Source: an uncultured Chromatiales bacterium
Lineage (GTDB): Bacteria > Pseudomonadota > Gammaproteobacteria > Poriferisulfidales > Oxydemutatoraceae
NCBI GenBank assembly: GCA_964347615.1
Contig: CAYFZO010000001.1
Coordinates: 61,559-125,558 of the forward strand
Length of the DNA: 64,000 nucleotides
Reading direction: 5' to 3'
Positions 31,331 to 40,974 of this stretch are shown piece by piece. The notes beneath the pieces are model-generated. The model was not told the DNA's origin. It was given only the letters and a program-made list of their open reading frames with translations, and did not search any database. Numbering within the stretch: the first letter of the stretch is position 1; each line of letters opens with the position of its first letter. Position numbers and translations under genes: made by a program.

Positions 31331-32227
31331 ATGGCTAAGGACTTGATATTAAAACAATACCCGGCGACGCAACCGGGGGGACTGAACGGCTACATCGCAG
31401 CCGCGTACGCCCTGCCGGTGCTGAACCCCGAGGAAGAACGCGCGCTGGCGGTGCGTTATCACGACAAAAACGATTTGGAAGCCGCACGTAAGCTGGTCAC
31501 GCACAACCTGCGGTTCGTAATTCAGGTCGCACGCGGCTATGCGGGTTACGGTTTGCCGCTCGGAGACCTCATCCAAGAGGGCAACGTCGGTTTGATGAAA
31601 GCCGTCAAGAAGTTCGACCCGAACGTCGGCGTGCGTTTGATTTCTTTCGCCGTTCACTGGATACGCGCCGAAATGCACGAGTTCATCCTGAGAAACTGGC
31701 GGGTCGTCAAGGTTGCAACAACCAAAGCGCAACGCAAGTTGTTCTTCAACCTTCGCAGCATGAAAAAACGCTTGGGGTGGCTGAATCAAGCCGAAGTCAA
31801 CGAGGTGGCGACGCAACTGGGCGTCAAGCCGGAAGAAGTGACCGAAATGGAGAAACGCCTGAGCGGGCAGGATTTGAGCTTTGACCCGGCACCAAGCGAC
31901 GAGGACGAGAACGACTACGCTCCGGCAATGTACCTGACCGACCAATCCGTCCCCGACCCCGCCGCCGAAGCCGAACGCGACGACTGGCGGATACACTCCC
32001 GCCGCAAGCTCAAGCAGGCGATGGCCGAACTCGATGAACGCAGTCTGGACGTCCTGAAAGCACGGCGGCTACCAGACGGGAAAAGGATGACCTTGCACGA
32101 GCTCGCGGCGCGCTACCGAATCTCCGCCGAGCGGGTGCGCCAAATCGAAAACCAAGCGGTCGCCAAGTTGCAGAAACTGATTGCCGCGCCCGCCGAAGCA
32201 AACGCCGGACGTGCGCCCCCGAAGTAA
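31331..32227 (+). CDS. rpoH: RNA polymerase sigma-32 (heat shock sigma factor)
   Basis: QEGNVGLMKAVKKFDP motif and RpoH box QRKLFFNLR. Confidence 0.95.
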   Translation: MAKDLILKQYPATQPGGLNGYIAAAYALPVLNPEEERALAVRYHDKNDLEAARKLVTHNLRFVIQVARGYAGYGLPLGDLIQEGNVGLMKAVKKFDPNVGVRLISFAVHWIRAEMHEFILRNWRVVKVATTKAQRKLFFNLRSMKKRLGWLNQAEVNEVATQLGVKPEEVTEMEKRLSGQDLSFDPAPSDEDENDYAPAMYLTDQSVPDPAAEAERDDWRIHSRRKLKQAMAELDERSLDVLKARRLPDGKRMTLHELAARYRISAERVRQIENQAVAKLQKLIAAPAEANAGRAPPK

Positions 32228-32290
32228 ACGCCGACGCCGCAAGCGTCAGCCCGGTCGTCCCGCTTTCCCCGTCTCCCCGCGACAAGGCCC

Positions 32291-33238
32291 CTACGATAAG
32301 GCCTTGGCAATCGCCGGCAAGTGCGCATCGAACAGCAACAGCGCAAACAGCAGCAGTATATAAATGATCGAATAGACAAAAGTGTCTTTTGCCCAACGTT
32401 CGTCCCGGGTAATCTTCAACCCCAACGCATAGTACAGAAAAACGCCGTCGAGCAAAGCGGCGCCGAACAAGTAGACTGGCCCCGACGTGCCGACCACGTA
32501 CGGCAGCATGGTGACCACGGTGAGCAGCACCGTGTAGAGAAGAATATGCAGGCGGGTGAAATCCTCGCCGTGGGTAACCGGCAACATCGGCACTTCTGCG
32601 TCGGCGTAGTCTTCCTTGCGGTATAAAGCGAGCGCCCAGAAATGCGGGGGCGTCCAAACAAAGATAATCAGGAACAGCAGCAAGGCTTCGGCCTCGACCC
32701 GTCCGGTAACCGCGGTCCAGCCGAGCAGCGGCGGCGTCGCACCGGCGGCGCCGCCGATTACGATGTTTTGCGGCGTCGCATATTTCAGAAATCGCGTATA
32801 AACCACCGCGTAGCCGACCAACGACAACAGCGCCAGGACGGTCGTCAGCAAGTTGACCCAAAGCGTAAGAACGAACGCGCCCAACCCACCGACGACGAAA
32901 GCGAAAATCAGCACCTGCCTCTTTGTCAGATGGCCCGAAGGCAGCGGACGAGCGCGGGTTCTTTCCATGACCGCGTCTATATGGTGGTCGGCAACCTGAT
33001 TCAACGCGGCGGCCGCGGCCGAGACCAGCGCGACGCCTGAGACGCCGGCGACGACGATGACCCACGGGACGTGCCCGGGCGAGGCCAGAAACATGCCCGC
33101 CAGCATCGTGAACAACATGGTCGCAACCACCTTGGGCTTGCATACTTCAAGGTAGTCCTTGACCGACGAAACGAACCCTTGCCGTGCCACCGCGGCGCCG
33201 GAGTTGATCTTGAGGTTGATCTTGGTGGGAACGCGCAT
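32291..33238 (-). CDS. ctaB: protoheme IX farnesyltransferase (heme O synthase)
   Basis: Polytopic UbiA-family pattern (NQVADHHIDAVMERTRARPLPSG), adjacent to ctaA and the cox genes. Confidence 0.9.
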   Translation of the reverse strand: MRVPTKINLKINSGAAVARQGFVSSVKDYLEVCKPKVVATMLFTMLAGMFLASPGHVPWVIVVAGVSGVALVSAAAAALNQVADHHIDAVMERTRARPLPSGHLTKRQVLIFAFVVGGLGAFVLTLWVNLLTTVLALLSLVGYAVVYTRFLKYATPQNIVIGGAAGATPPLLGWTAVTGRVEAEALLLFLIIFVWTPPHFWALALYRKEDYADAEVPMLPVTHGEDFTRLHILLYTVLLTVVTMLPYVVGTSGPVYLFGAALLDGVFLYYALGLKITRDERWAKDTFVYSIIYILLLFALLLFDAHLPAIAKALS

Positions 33239-33243
33239 TCCGC

Positions 33244-34272
33244 TTACGATTTTAGCATACGCGCGACGGTGACCAGGCTCAGAAGCAACGTCGCCGCCGT
33301 CGCGTTGTGCGCCGTCGCGACGACCAAAGGCAAAGACAAGGTAACGTTCAGAACACCGAGCAAGGTCTGCAAAACAAGCAAGGCCAAAGAAACGGACACT
33401 GCGATTCTGAGCGCGGGCGGCGGTTTGCGCAGCAACAAAGCAAGCAGCAAAGATCCCAGCAGCAGCAGGGTCGCCAAAGCGCCGATGCGGTGAGTGACGT
33501 GAATTGCGGTTCGTGCGGGGGCGTCCAACGTCCCGTATTCATAATTCACGCCGGGCTCGCCGATGAGTTGGAAAGCGGCGGCGAAATCCATCGACGGCCA
33601 CCACTGGCCCTGGCAGGTGGGAAAGTCGGGGCACGCGAGCGCCGCGTAGTTGCCGGCGGTCCACCCGCCGAGCGCAATCTGCACCGCCAACAGGCCGATG
33701 CCGGCCGTCACGAGACGCAGCCACTTCTTCCGCTCCGCGAAAGCACCGCCCGACCCGAAGTTCGACCCGAGGTTCGACCCGGCAGGCAGCGCCAGATGCC
33801 ACAACAGAGCAAGCGTCGCCAGCCCGCCGAGCAGGTGCGCGGTGACGATAATCGGCTTGAGCAGCATGGTCACGGTCCACATTCCGAGGAGGGCTTGAAA
33901 CACGATGAGCACCGAAAGCAACAACGGCAAGGTCACCGGTTGACGCCTGCAACGGCGATTGACGACCGCCAGCACCGCAAGCGCGAACACGAGAACCCCG
34001 AGGCCCCCCGCAAGATAGCGGTGCAAAACCTCTTTCCAAGCCTTGGCCGAATCAACCGGGTTCCGCGGATAAAGCCGACGTGCTTGCTCGAGCTCGGCGG
34101 GCGTGTGAGGAACCCCGAGCAGCTTCCCGTAGCAGCCCGGCCAGTCCGGGCAACCCAACCCCGCGTCCGAAAGCCGAACGTAAGCACCCAGTACGACGAC
34201 GCACAACGCGACCGCAACCGCCGCACGGGCGAGCAGCATGAAACGGCGATACAGCAGGTTCTCGTCAGCCAA
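33244..34272 (-). CDS. ctaA: heme A synthase (COX15/CtaA)
   Basis: GLGCPDWPGCYG motif, conserved His residues in TM helices, and cox-cluster context. Confidence 0.88.
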   Translation of the reverse strand: MADENLLYRRFMLLARAAVAVALCVVVLGAYVRLSDAGLGCPDWPGCYGKLLGVPHTPAELEQARRLYPRNPVDSAKAWKEVLHRYLAGGLGVLVFALAVLAVVNRRCRRQPVTLPLLLSVLIVFQALLGMWTVTMLLKPIIVTAHLLGGLATLALLWHLALPAGSNLGSNFGSGGAFAERKKWLRLVTAGIGLLAVQIALGGWTAGNYAALACPDFPTCQGQWWPSMDFAAAFQLIGEPGVNYEYGTLDAPARTAIHVTHRIGALATLLLLGSLLLALLLRKPPPALRIAVSVSLALLVLQTLLGVLNVTLSLPLVVATAHNATAATLLLSLVTVARMLKS

Positions 34273-34858
34273 TCTTGGATACGCGTAAAAGTTTCTTGAG
34301 GTCCTTGAATATACCCTTTGAAGCCGCCGAGTCGGAATAACGCATCATCAGGTTGCCCAGCGGATCAATGAGATAAACGTTGCCTTGCGGATAAACGCCG
34401 AGCTGCTCGGCAAAAAGGGTTTTCTCACCGGGTTTCGAGTGCGCCGTAATCAACCGAGGATACCTGTCGAGCAGGCGCTCGAGGGTGCCGCCGGCGGTCG
34501 GCTCACCGGAAAAGTAGACGGTTTGCACGCGCCCCGCGTCCTTGCTCAGGGACAGGCGGACTTGGCGCATCTTGAACAAGCCGGCTTCGCACTCCAGATC
34601 GCAGTCCGCGCCGTTCCAGTACAACAAGGTCCATTTGCCGATCAGCAATTCGCCCGGCAGGCGCCGCCCGTGACGGGATACGCCCTGAAACTCGGCAAGC
34701 GGCTGCGCGGGGGTAATCAGTTCTCCGTGACTGTCGCTTCCGGGTAACGTGAACCATCCCGGGTTGAGATAAATCAGCGTCGCAAGCAGCAACGGTCCGA
34801 GGAAGACCGCGGCCAGGGCCAGCAGTTTCAGTCGGGAAATCTTTACCGCGTCCGTCAT
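34265..34858 (-). CDS. membrane-anchored hypothetical protein of the cytochrome oxidase assembly cluster (SCO1/SenC-like position)
   Basis: ATG 34858 overlaps the SURF1 stop (ATGA). One N-terminal TM helix and a CDLEC pair. Function is not recognised from the sequence. Confidence 0.55.
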   Translation of the reverse strand: MTDAVKISRLKLLALAAVFLGPLLLATLIYLNPGWFTLPGSDSHGELITPAQPLAEFQGVSRHGRRLPGELLIGKWTLLYWNGADCDLECEAGLFKMRQVRLSLSKDAGRVQTVYFSGEPTAGGTLERLLDRYPRLITAHSKPGEKTLFAEQLGVYPQGNVYLIDPLGNLMMRYSDSAASKGIFKDLKKLLRVSKIG

Positions 34859-35568
34859 TTTCGTCGCCGCCTCAGAGTCAGCACCACAAACACCGCAAAC
34901 GCCGCGGCGGAAAGAGCAAACCATTGAAACGCGTAAGCGAGATGCTTTTCCGGCGAAACCGACGTCAGCCGCCAGGTGCGCAGATAGCCGTGCGGAAGCG
35001 AAGGGGCAAGACGCACGACGAAAGGACGCAAGGGTTCACCGAGACGCCGCCCAAGCGCCTCGAAGTCCAGGAATTGGATAATCCTCGGCCAGCCGGATTC
35101 ACCGTCGTCGATGCCGCCGAGGGTGAACGGTTCTCCGTAAGGTACGTAAATCGAGCCTTCAAGCCGCATCGGCTCCCCGGGAATCGAGACTTCCGGGAGG
35201 TCGCTTCTGTCCGCACCGAGAGGGACCCAGCCGCGGTCAACCAAAATCAAGCCGGCGCCCGACGCCTTGAAAGCCGTCAACACGTTGAAGCCGACGCGAC
35301 CCTCGCGGATTTGGTTGTCGAGCAGAAATTGGCGTTCGCTCAGCGGAACCGCTGCAAACCGCACCTTGCGGTAACGCCACCGAAGCGGGTCTTCGAACCG
35401 GGCGGGCAATTCCACCGCGGGTTCGGCGGCACGATGCAGCTGGGTTTCAATGATTTCCTTTTTCTCACCGGCACGGTCCAACTGCCACCTGCCCAGACCC
35501 GCGAACAGGCCCGCGACAAACACCGTCAGCAGAAAACCGAGCAAAGTATGCTTGAAATACAGTTTCAC
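34855..35568 (-). CDS. SURF1 family cytochrome oxidase biogenesis protein
   Basis: Two terminal TM helices, the GRWQLDRAGEKK motif and the GWVP motif. Confidence 0.85.
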   Translation of the reverse strand: MKLYFKHTLLGFLLTVFVAGLFAGLGRWQLDRAGEKKEIIETQLHRAAEPAVELPARFEDPLRWRYRKVRFAAVPLSERQFLLDNQIREGRVGFNVLTAFKASGAGLILVDRGWVPLGADRSDLPEVSIPGEPMRLEGSIYVPYGEPFTLGGIDDGESGWPRIIQFLDFEALGRRLGEPLRPFVVRLAPSLPHGYLRTWRLTSVSPEKHLAYAFQWFALSAAAFAVFVVLTLRRRRK

Positions 35569-35659
35569 AAGGGGTCTAATGTCGCAGCGAGAGCGCCGAC
35601 TTTAACGCGGAAGCCGGCGTGATTTGCGGCTTTGCCGCGGTGGACAAAGGACTTGCCTC

Positions 35660-35878
35660 ATGCTGATAAAAGCGCTGACGGTTTTTCTGCTGCTGATTAT
35701 CATGATTAGCTTAGGGTCGGCACTGGTGTATTTGGTCAAAGACCGAGGCACGACCAAACGAACGTTGAACGCGCTGACCTTGAGAATCGGGCTTTCGGTA
35801 CTCGCGTTCGTGCTGTTGCTGATCGGGTTCGCAACCGGATTGATTACACCGCACGGAGTCGTTCCCCCGCCTCCCTGA
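35660..35878 (+). CDS. DUF2909 / twin-transmembrane small protein
   Basis: MLIKALTVFLLLIIMISLGSALVYLVKDRG...LRIGLSVLAFVLLLIGF gives two TM helices and about 72 aa. aaagga lies 8 nt upstream of ATG 35660. This family typically occurs in cox clusters. Confidence 0.65.
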   Translation: MLIKALTVFLLLIIMISLGSALVYLVKDRGTTKRTLNALTLRIGLSVLAFVLLLIGFATGLITPHGVVPPPP

Positions 35879-35915
35879 GCAAAATACGGCTCAGGCAGGC
35901 GTTCAGACGGCGCGG

Positions 35916-36788
35916 CTACAGCCAGTAGACGAAGATAAAAAGCCCCAGCCACACGACGTCGACAAAGTGCCAGTACCAAGCGGCGGCTTCGAACGCGAAG
36001 TGGTTCTGGGGGGTAAAGTGCCCGACGATGCTGCGAATCAGCACCACGGTCAAGATGATTGCACCGAGCGTAACGTGCAGGCCGTGAAAGCCGGTCAGCA
36101 TGAAGAACGTCGAGCCGTAGACTCCCGACTCGAGGGTGAGGTTCAGATCCTTGTAGGCGTGAATATATTCCTCCGCCTGCAGAAGCACGAACACGAATCC
36201 AAGCACCACGGTCAGGGACAACCCGGCAATCAACTGTCCCCGTTTCATCGCCTTCAAGGCATGGTGCGCCCAAGTTACGGTAACCCCGCTGCTCAGCAGG
36301 ATGGCGGTGTTGATTGCAGGCACGCCCCAAGCCGGCATCGCCGCGAATTTACCGCCGATCTCCGCGGGGCCGTTCCCCGTCGTCGGCCAGATCGCCTCGT
36401 AGCCGGACCACAGATAAAGGTTCGTCGAAGCACCCGAACCTTCGCCGCCGAGCCACGGAAGAGAATAAATGCGCGCGTAAAACAAAGCACCGAAAAACGC
36501 GGCAAAGAACATAACTTCGGAGAAAATGAACCAAGCCATCCCCCAGCGAAACGAGACGTCCACTTGCCCGTTATAAGTGCCGGCTTCGCTTTCCTTGATC
36601 ACCGTGCTGAACCAGCCGAACAGCATGACGATCAGGATTATCGTCCCGACGCCCATTACCGACAATCCGAACGAAGCGCCGTTCAGCCACGAAGCGGCGC
36701 CGACCATGATGGAGAACAACGCGATCGAGCCGACGATCGGCCAATAGCTGGGGTTGGGGATGTAGTAAGAGGAACGTGCGTCAGACAT
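35916..36788 (-). CDS. coxC: cytochrome c oxidase subunit III
   Basis: 290 aa, seven-TM pattern and a ...HFVDVVWLGLFIFVYW C-terminus. Confidence 0.93.
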   Translation of the reverse strand: MSDARSSYYIPNPSYWPIVGSIALFSIMVGAASWLNGASFGLSVMGVGTIILIVMLFGWFSTVIKESEAGTYNGQVDVSFRWGMAWFIFSEVMFFAAFFGALFYARIYSLPWLGGEGSGASTNLYLWSGYEAIWPTTGNGPAEIGGKFAAMPAWGVPAINTAILLSSGVTVTWAHHALKAMKRGQLIAGLSLTVVLGFVFVLLQAEEYIHAYKDLNLTLESGVYGSTFFMLTGFHGLHVTLGAIILTVVLIRSIVGHFTPQNHFAFEAAAWYWHFVDVVWLGLFIFVYWL

Positions 36789-36790
36789 GG

Positions 36791-37405
36791 TCAGGTCCTG
36801 TTTGGTTCGGGTTCATCGGTAACGTCAAAGAAAGTGTACGCAAGGGAAATCGTCTTGACGTGTTCCGGCAGCTTGGGGCTTACCACGAATCGCAACGGCA
36901 TCAAACGCTCCTCTCCGGGTTCGAGCTCCTGTTTGATAAAGCAAAAACATTCGGTCTTGTTGAAGAACCTCGCGGCGGCGGTCGGCGCAACGCTCGGAAC
37001 CGCCCGCCCGACGACGTGCAAGGCATCGAGGTTTTTCGCAACGTAGTTGACCTCGTAGACTTCACCGAGCTCGACCTCAAGCACTTTGGTTTGCGGTGCA
37101 AACGCCCAATTCATCGATTGATTGAGGTTGGCGACGAACTCGACGGTCACCAAACGCTGCTCGTCGAGATCGCCCGCCGTGGCCGCGGTGGGCGTGGCCG
37201 ACGCCCCGGCCTGAGCTTTGGCCTGAGCTTCGACCTGAGCTTCGGCGATCCTGCCGGTCTTGCCGTTGAGTCCGGTGACGTCACAAATCACGTCGTACAG
37301 CGGAACCAGCCCGAAACCGAAACCGAACATCACGACGGTGAAACCCGCAAGCTTGAAAGCCGATTTGGTCGTGGATTTCTTCACTTTCGCTTTACCCTTG
37401 TTCAT
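36791..37405 (-). CDS. ctaG: cytochrome c oxidase assembly protein CtaG/Cox11
   Basis: LVPLYDVICDVTGLNGKTG and CFCF copper motif. I chose the ATG at 37405. The track start 37435 lies inside the 10-bp repeat array. Confidence 0.88.
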   Translation of the reverse strand: MNKGKAKVKKSTTKSAFKLAGFTVVMFGFGFGLVPLYDVICDVTGLNGKTGRIAEAQVEAQAKAQAGASATPTAATAGDLDEQRLVTVEFVANLNQSMNWAFAPQTKVLEVELGEVYEVNYVAKNLDALHVVGRAVPSVAPTAAARFFNKTECFCFIKQELEPGEERLMPLRFVVSPKLPEHVKTISLAYTFFDVTDEPEPNRT

Positions 37406-37420
37406 TATCTTTATTCTTTG

Positions 37421-37460
37421 GTCATCTCCGGCCATCTCCGGTCATCTCCGGTCATCTCCG
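37421..37460. repeat. 10-bp tandem repeat x4 (gtcatctccg, one unit gccatctccg)
   Basis: Read directly. On the minus strand each unit is cGGAGATGac, that is, an SD-like GGAG plus ATG. Confidence 0.9.
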
Positions 37461-37468
37461 TTCGAGGC

Positions 37469-37579
37469 TCAGCGCATCGCAACCAGAACGTAAAACCCGA
37501 CGTAAATCACGGTCACAAGCAGAGCCAACCCGAAAACCGTCCTCTTTACGCTGCCCTTTTGCCGCCCGCTCGTCTTCAC
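37469..37579 (-). CDS. cytochrome oxidase small assembly protein-like single-TM peptide (36 aa)
   Basis: My own translation: GTG 37579 lies 4 nt after the coxA stop. (M)KTSGRQKGSVKRTVFGLALLVTVIYVGFYVLVAMR*. Basic N-terminus plus one TM helix. Below the ORF track size cut-off. Confidence 0.55.
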   Translation of the reverse strand: MKTSGRQKGSVKRTVFGLALLVTVIYVGFYVLVAMR

Positions 37580-37582
37580 GAC

Positions 37583-39199
37583 TCATTTCACGCCGCCTGC
37601 AACGTCACCTGCAACGTCACTGATTGGGGGCGGCGTGGTGAAACTGTGATAGGGCGGCGGCGACGGCAGGGTCCACTCGAGTCCTCGGGCGCCGTCCCAG
37701 ACCTGTGCGGTGGCTTTTTCCTTGCCGCGGATCGTCGCAATCACGAGATACAGAAACAGCAATTGTGCGAAACCGAAACCGAAAGCACCGATGCTTGCCA
37801 GCATGTTGTAGTCGGTAAATTGCATGTTGTAGTCCGGAATGCGCCTCGGCATGCCCGCAAGCCCGACAAAGTGCATCGGGAAGAAAGTCAGGTTCACGAA
37901 AATCGTCGAAAGCCAAAAGTGCCATTTGCCGAGCGTTTCGTTGTACATGTTGCCGGTCCATTTCGGCAACCAATAGTACACGGCGGCGATGATTGCAAAG
38001 ATCGAACCCGGCACCAGCACGTAGTGGAAATGCGCAACGATAAAGTAAGTATCGTGATACTGATAATCAGCCGGCGTAATCGCCATCATCAAGCCCGAAA
38101 AACCGCCTATCGTGAACAGCACGATGAACGCAATCGCGAACAGCATCGGGGTCTCGAACGTCAGCGAACCACGCCACATCGTCGCCACCCAATTGAACAC
38201 TTTCACTCCGGTCGGCACCGCGATCAGCATGGTTGAAAACATGAAAAACAGCTGACCGGCCAGCGGCATGCCGACGGTGAACATGTGATGCGCCCACACG
38301 ATGATCGAAAGAAAAGCGATAGAGGCCGTCGCGTAGACCATCGAGCTGTAGCCGAACAGCGGCTTCCGGGAAAACGTCGGGAGGATGCTCGAGATGACGC
38401 CGAACGACGGGAGGATCAGAATGTAGACCTCCGGATGGCCGAAAAACCAGAAGATGTGCTGAAACATCACCGGGTCGCCCCCGCCTGCCGCGTTGAAAAA
38501 GCTGGTGCCGAAGAATTTGTCGGTCAACAGCATCGTCACACCGCCCGCAAGAACCGGCATCGCCATGATCAGCAGGTAGGCGGTAATCAACCAGGTCCAC
38601 ACGAACAAGGGCATTTTCATCAGGGTCATTCCCGGTGCGCGCATGTTGAGTATGGTCGCAATGATGTTGATGGCGCCGAGAATCGAAGACAAGCCCATGA
38701 AGTGAATCGAGAAAACGACGAACGGCAACGCCTCGCCGGTCTGCAGGGTCAGCGGCGGATACAGCGTCCAGCCGCCGGCGGGGCCGCCGCCGTCCATGAA
38801 CAACGTCGAAAGCAGCATGGTGAACGCGAACGGCAGAATCCAGAAGCTCCAGTTGTTAAGCCTCGGCAACGCCATGTCGGTACCGCCGATCATCATCGGA
38901 ATCAACCAATTGGCAAGACCGGTGAACGCCGGCATCACGACGCCGAAAATCATGACCAGCGCGTGCATGGTCGTCATCGAGTTGAAAAACTGCGGATCCA
39001 CGAACTGCATGCCCGGTTCGAACAATTCGGTGCGGATAATCAGCGCCATCGCGCCGCCGATGAAGAACATGATCATCGCAAACCACAGGTACAACGTGCC
39101 GATGTCCTTGTGGTTGGTGGTGAAAAGCCAACGCTTGACGCCGCTGGGGTGTTCTTCGTGGTGCTCCTGGTGGGTCTCGTCGGTTATGACTGCGCTCAT
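37583..39199 (-). CDS. coxA: cytochrome c oxidase subunit I
   Basis: WFFGHPEVYILILP motif and a 12-TM pattern. ATG 39199 overlaps the coxB stop (ATGA). Confidence 0.95.
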   Translation of the reverse strand: MSAVITDETHQEHHEEHPSGVKRWLFTTNHKDIGTLYLWFAMIMFFIGGAMALIIRTELFEPGMQFVDPQFFNSMTTMHALVMIFGVVMPAFTGLANWLIPMMIGGTDMALPRLNNWSFWILPFAFTMLLSTLFMDGGGPAGGWTLYPPLTLQTGEALPFVVFSIHFMGLSSILGAINIIATILNMRAPGMTLMKMPLFVWTWLITAYLLIMAMPVLAGGVTMLLTDKFFGTSFFNAAGGGDPVMFQHIFWFFGHPEVYILILPSFGVISSILPTFSRKPLFGYSSMVYATASIAFLSIIVWAHHMFTVGMPLAGQLFFMFSTMLIAVPTGVKVFNWVATMWRGSLTFETPMLFAIAFIVLFTIGGFSGLMMAITPADYQYHDTYFIVAHFHYVLVPGSIFAIIAAVYYWLPKWTGNMYNETLGKWHFWLSTIFVNLTFFPMHFVGLAGMPRRIPDYNMQFTDYNMLASIGAFGFGFAQLLFLYLVIATIRGKEKATAQVWDGARGLEWTLPSPPPYHSFTTPPPISDVAGDVAGGVK

Positions 39200-40035
39200 T
39201 GTTTTTCTCCTGAGGTTGACGCCTGACGCTGACGGGTGACGATCGCAAGGGGCTGCGACTTCATGTCCGCGACCCACTGATCATATTCCGCCGGTTCAAC
39301 CGCGCGGACGACGACCGGCATGAACGCGTGGCCGCGACCGCACAATTCCGCACATTGCCCGCGATAAACTCCGGGTTCGTCAATCCGGGTCCAGATTTCA
39401 TTGATGAAGCCGGGGATAGCGTCCTTTTTCACCGCAAGCTCCGGCACCCACCACGCGTGAAGCACGTCGTTCGAAGTCAGCAGGAAGCGGACCTTCTTGC
39501 CGACGGGCAACACCATCTCGTTGTCCACCTCGAGGAGGTAGTTCTCGTCCTTCTCCATGAGGTTGTAAATCTCTTCACGCGGCGTCGCAAGCGCGCTGTA
39601 GAAACGGATCCCCTCGTTCAGGTATTCGTACTCCCACAACCACTGATAACCGGTGATTTTCACCGTCATGTCGGCGTCCCCGGTGTTCTCCAGCTTAATC
39701 AAGGTTTTCGCCGCGGGCACCGCCATCGCAATCAATATCAGCAACGGCGCCAGCGTCCAAGCGAATTCCACGGTCGAGCTTTCATGGAATTGCTTGGCCT
39801 CGTATCCCTTGGATTTTCGGTGCACGACGATCGAATAAGCCATCGCGCCGAACACGACGACGCCGATTACCACGCAGATCCAATAGATCAGCATGTGCAA
39901 ATCAAAGATGTCGCGGCTGATCTCGGTTACGCCGACCGGCAAGTTGTACGGCTGGATCTCGGCACCCGCCGAACCGGAAAACAATGCCAAGCTTATGCCA
40001 CCCGCCACAGACGATATGAAACCGGGTTTTCGCAT
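39196..40035 (-). CDS. coxB: cytochrome c oxidase subunit II
   Basis: Signal sequence plus two TM helices, and CuA site CAELCGRGHAFMP. Confidence 0.93.
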   Translation of the reverse strand: MRKPGFISSVAGGISLALFSGSAGAEIQPYNLPVGVTEISRDIFDLHMLIYWICVVIGVVVFGAMAYSIVVHRKSKGYEAKQFHESSTVEFAWTLAPLLILIAMAVPAAKTLIKLENTGDADMTVKITGYQWLWEYEYLNEGIRFYSALATPREEIYNLMEKDENYLLEVDNEMVLPVGKKVRFLLTSNDVLHAWWVPELAVKKDAIPGFINEIWTRIDEPGVYRGQCAELCGRGHAFMPVVVRAVEPAEYDQWVADMKSQPLAIVTRQRQASTSGEKQ

Positions 40036-40158
40036 GCGCCGATTCTAGCACACCGAGCCGCTTGGATTCGCCGGTGACCGCGACCGACCCCGGTCGATGC
40101 CGGCGGCGACGTGACGTACTCAAGCCCGCAGCTTCCGGCGCGACGTGAGCTTGAGATT

Positions 40159-40974
40159 TCAAGCGGTTATCCGTTCCGCGGCGGGCGCCGCGCCGGCGTG
40201 CGCCGAGACCAGGGTGACCACGTAGCTGGCGGGAATCCGCCGCGACCAAGCGTGGCGGGCGCGATAGCGGGCTTTCATCGCCTTGAACCGCGACGGTGCG
40301 GTCAAGCCGGCACCGCGGTCGCGGCGGAGGTTACGTACTCCGGTGTATTTGAGGTTCTCGAGCAAAGCGTCCACGTCGTCGTAAAACACGACTTCGGTCT
40401 GAGTCCGGCACGATGAGACGGCCATCCCCGCTTCTTCAAGCATGCGTCGCAACCGGCTCGGCGGAGGAAATTCGAGCGTGTGGTCATGATCGTCGACCCC
40501 ACGCCAGCTGTCTTGCAACTCGCGCAAAGTACCCTCGGTGTAGACCGCCGCCAGCAACACCGCCCCTTGCTTCAGCACCCGCCGGAATTCACCCAACGCA
40601 GCCTTGACTTCGCCGCTCCAATGCAGCACCGAGCTCGTGAACGCCAAATCGAAAACAGCCGAAGCGAACGGCAACGCCTCCACGTCCCCGCAGACGCATT
40701 CGGCCCGACGGAATCCGCGCCGCGTGAGCTTCAGCATCTCCTGCGCAAAATCAAGGGCGGCGACGCGCGCGCCGGGGAAAGCCCGGATCAAGGCTCCGGT
40801 GCCGAAACCGCTGCCCGACCCGGCGTCGAGTATCCACCCCGGTTGCAACGGCGGTCGGACCGCGCAAGCGATCAACCGATTCGCCACCGCGCGCTGCAAC
40901 CTTGCGTCGGCGTCGTAGCGTCGCGCCGCCCGGTTAAACGAACGGCGCAACTCGACCTTGTCAATCCAACTCAT
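40159..40974 (-). CDS. bioC: malonyl-ACP O-methyltransferase
   Basis: Class I SAM methyltransferase (ILDAGSGSGFG, FDLAFTSSVLHW) immediately downstream of, and overlapping, the bioH-like gene. Confidence 0.7.
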   Translation of the reverse strand: MSWIDKVELRRSFNRAARRYDADARLQRAVANRLIACAVRPPLQPGWILDAGSGSGFGTGALIRAFPGARVAALDFAQEMLKLTRRGFRRAECVCGDVEALPFASAVFDLAFTSSVLHWSGEVKAALGEFRRVLKQGAVLLAAVYTEGTLRELQDSWRGVDDHDHTLEFPPPSRLRRMLEEAGMAVSSCRTQTEVVFYDDVDALLENLKYTGVRNLRRDRGAGLTAPSRFKAMKARYRARHAWSRRIPASYVVTLVSAHAGAAPAAERITA

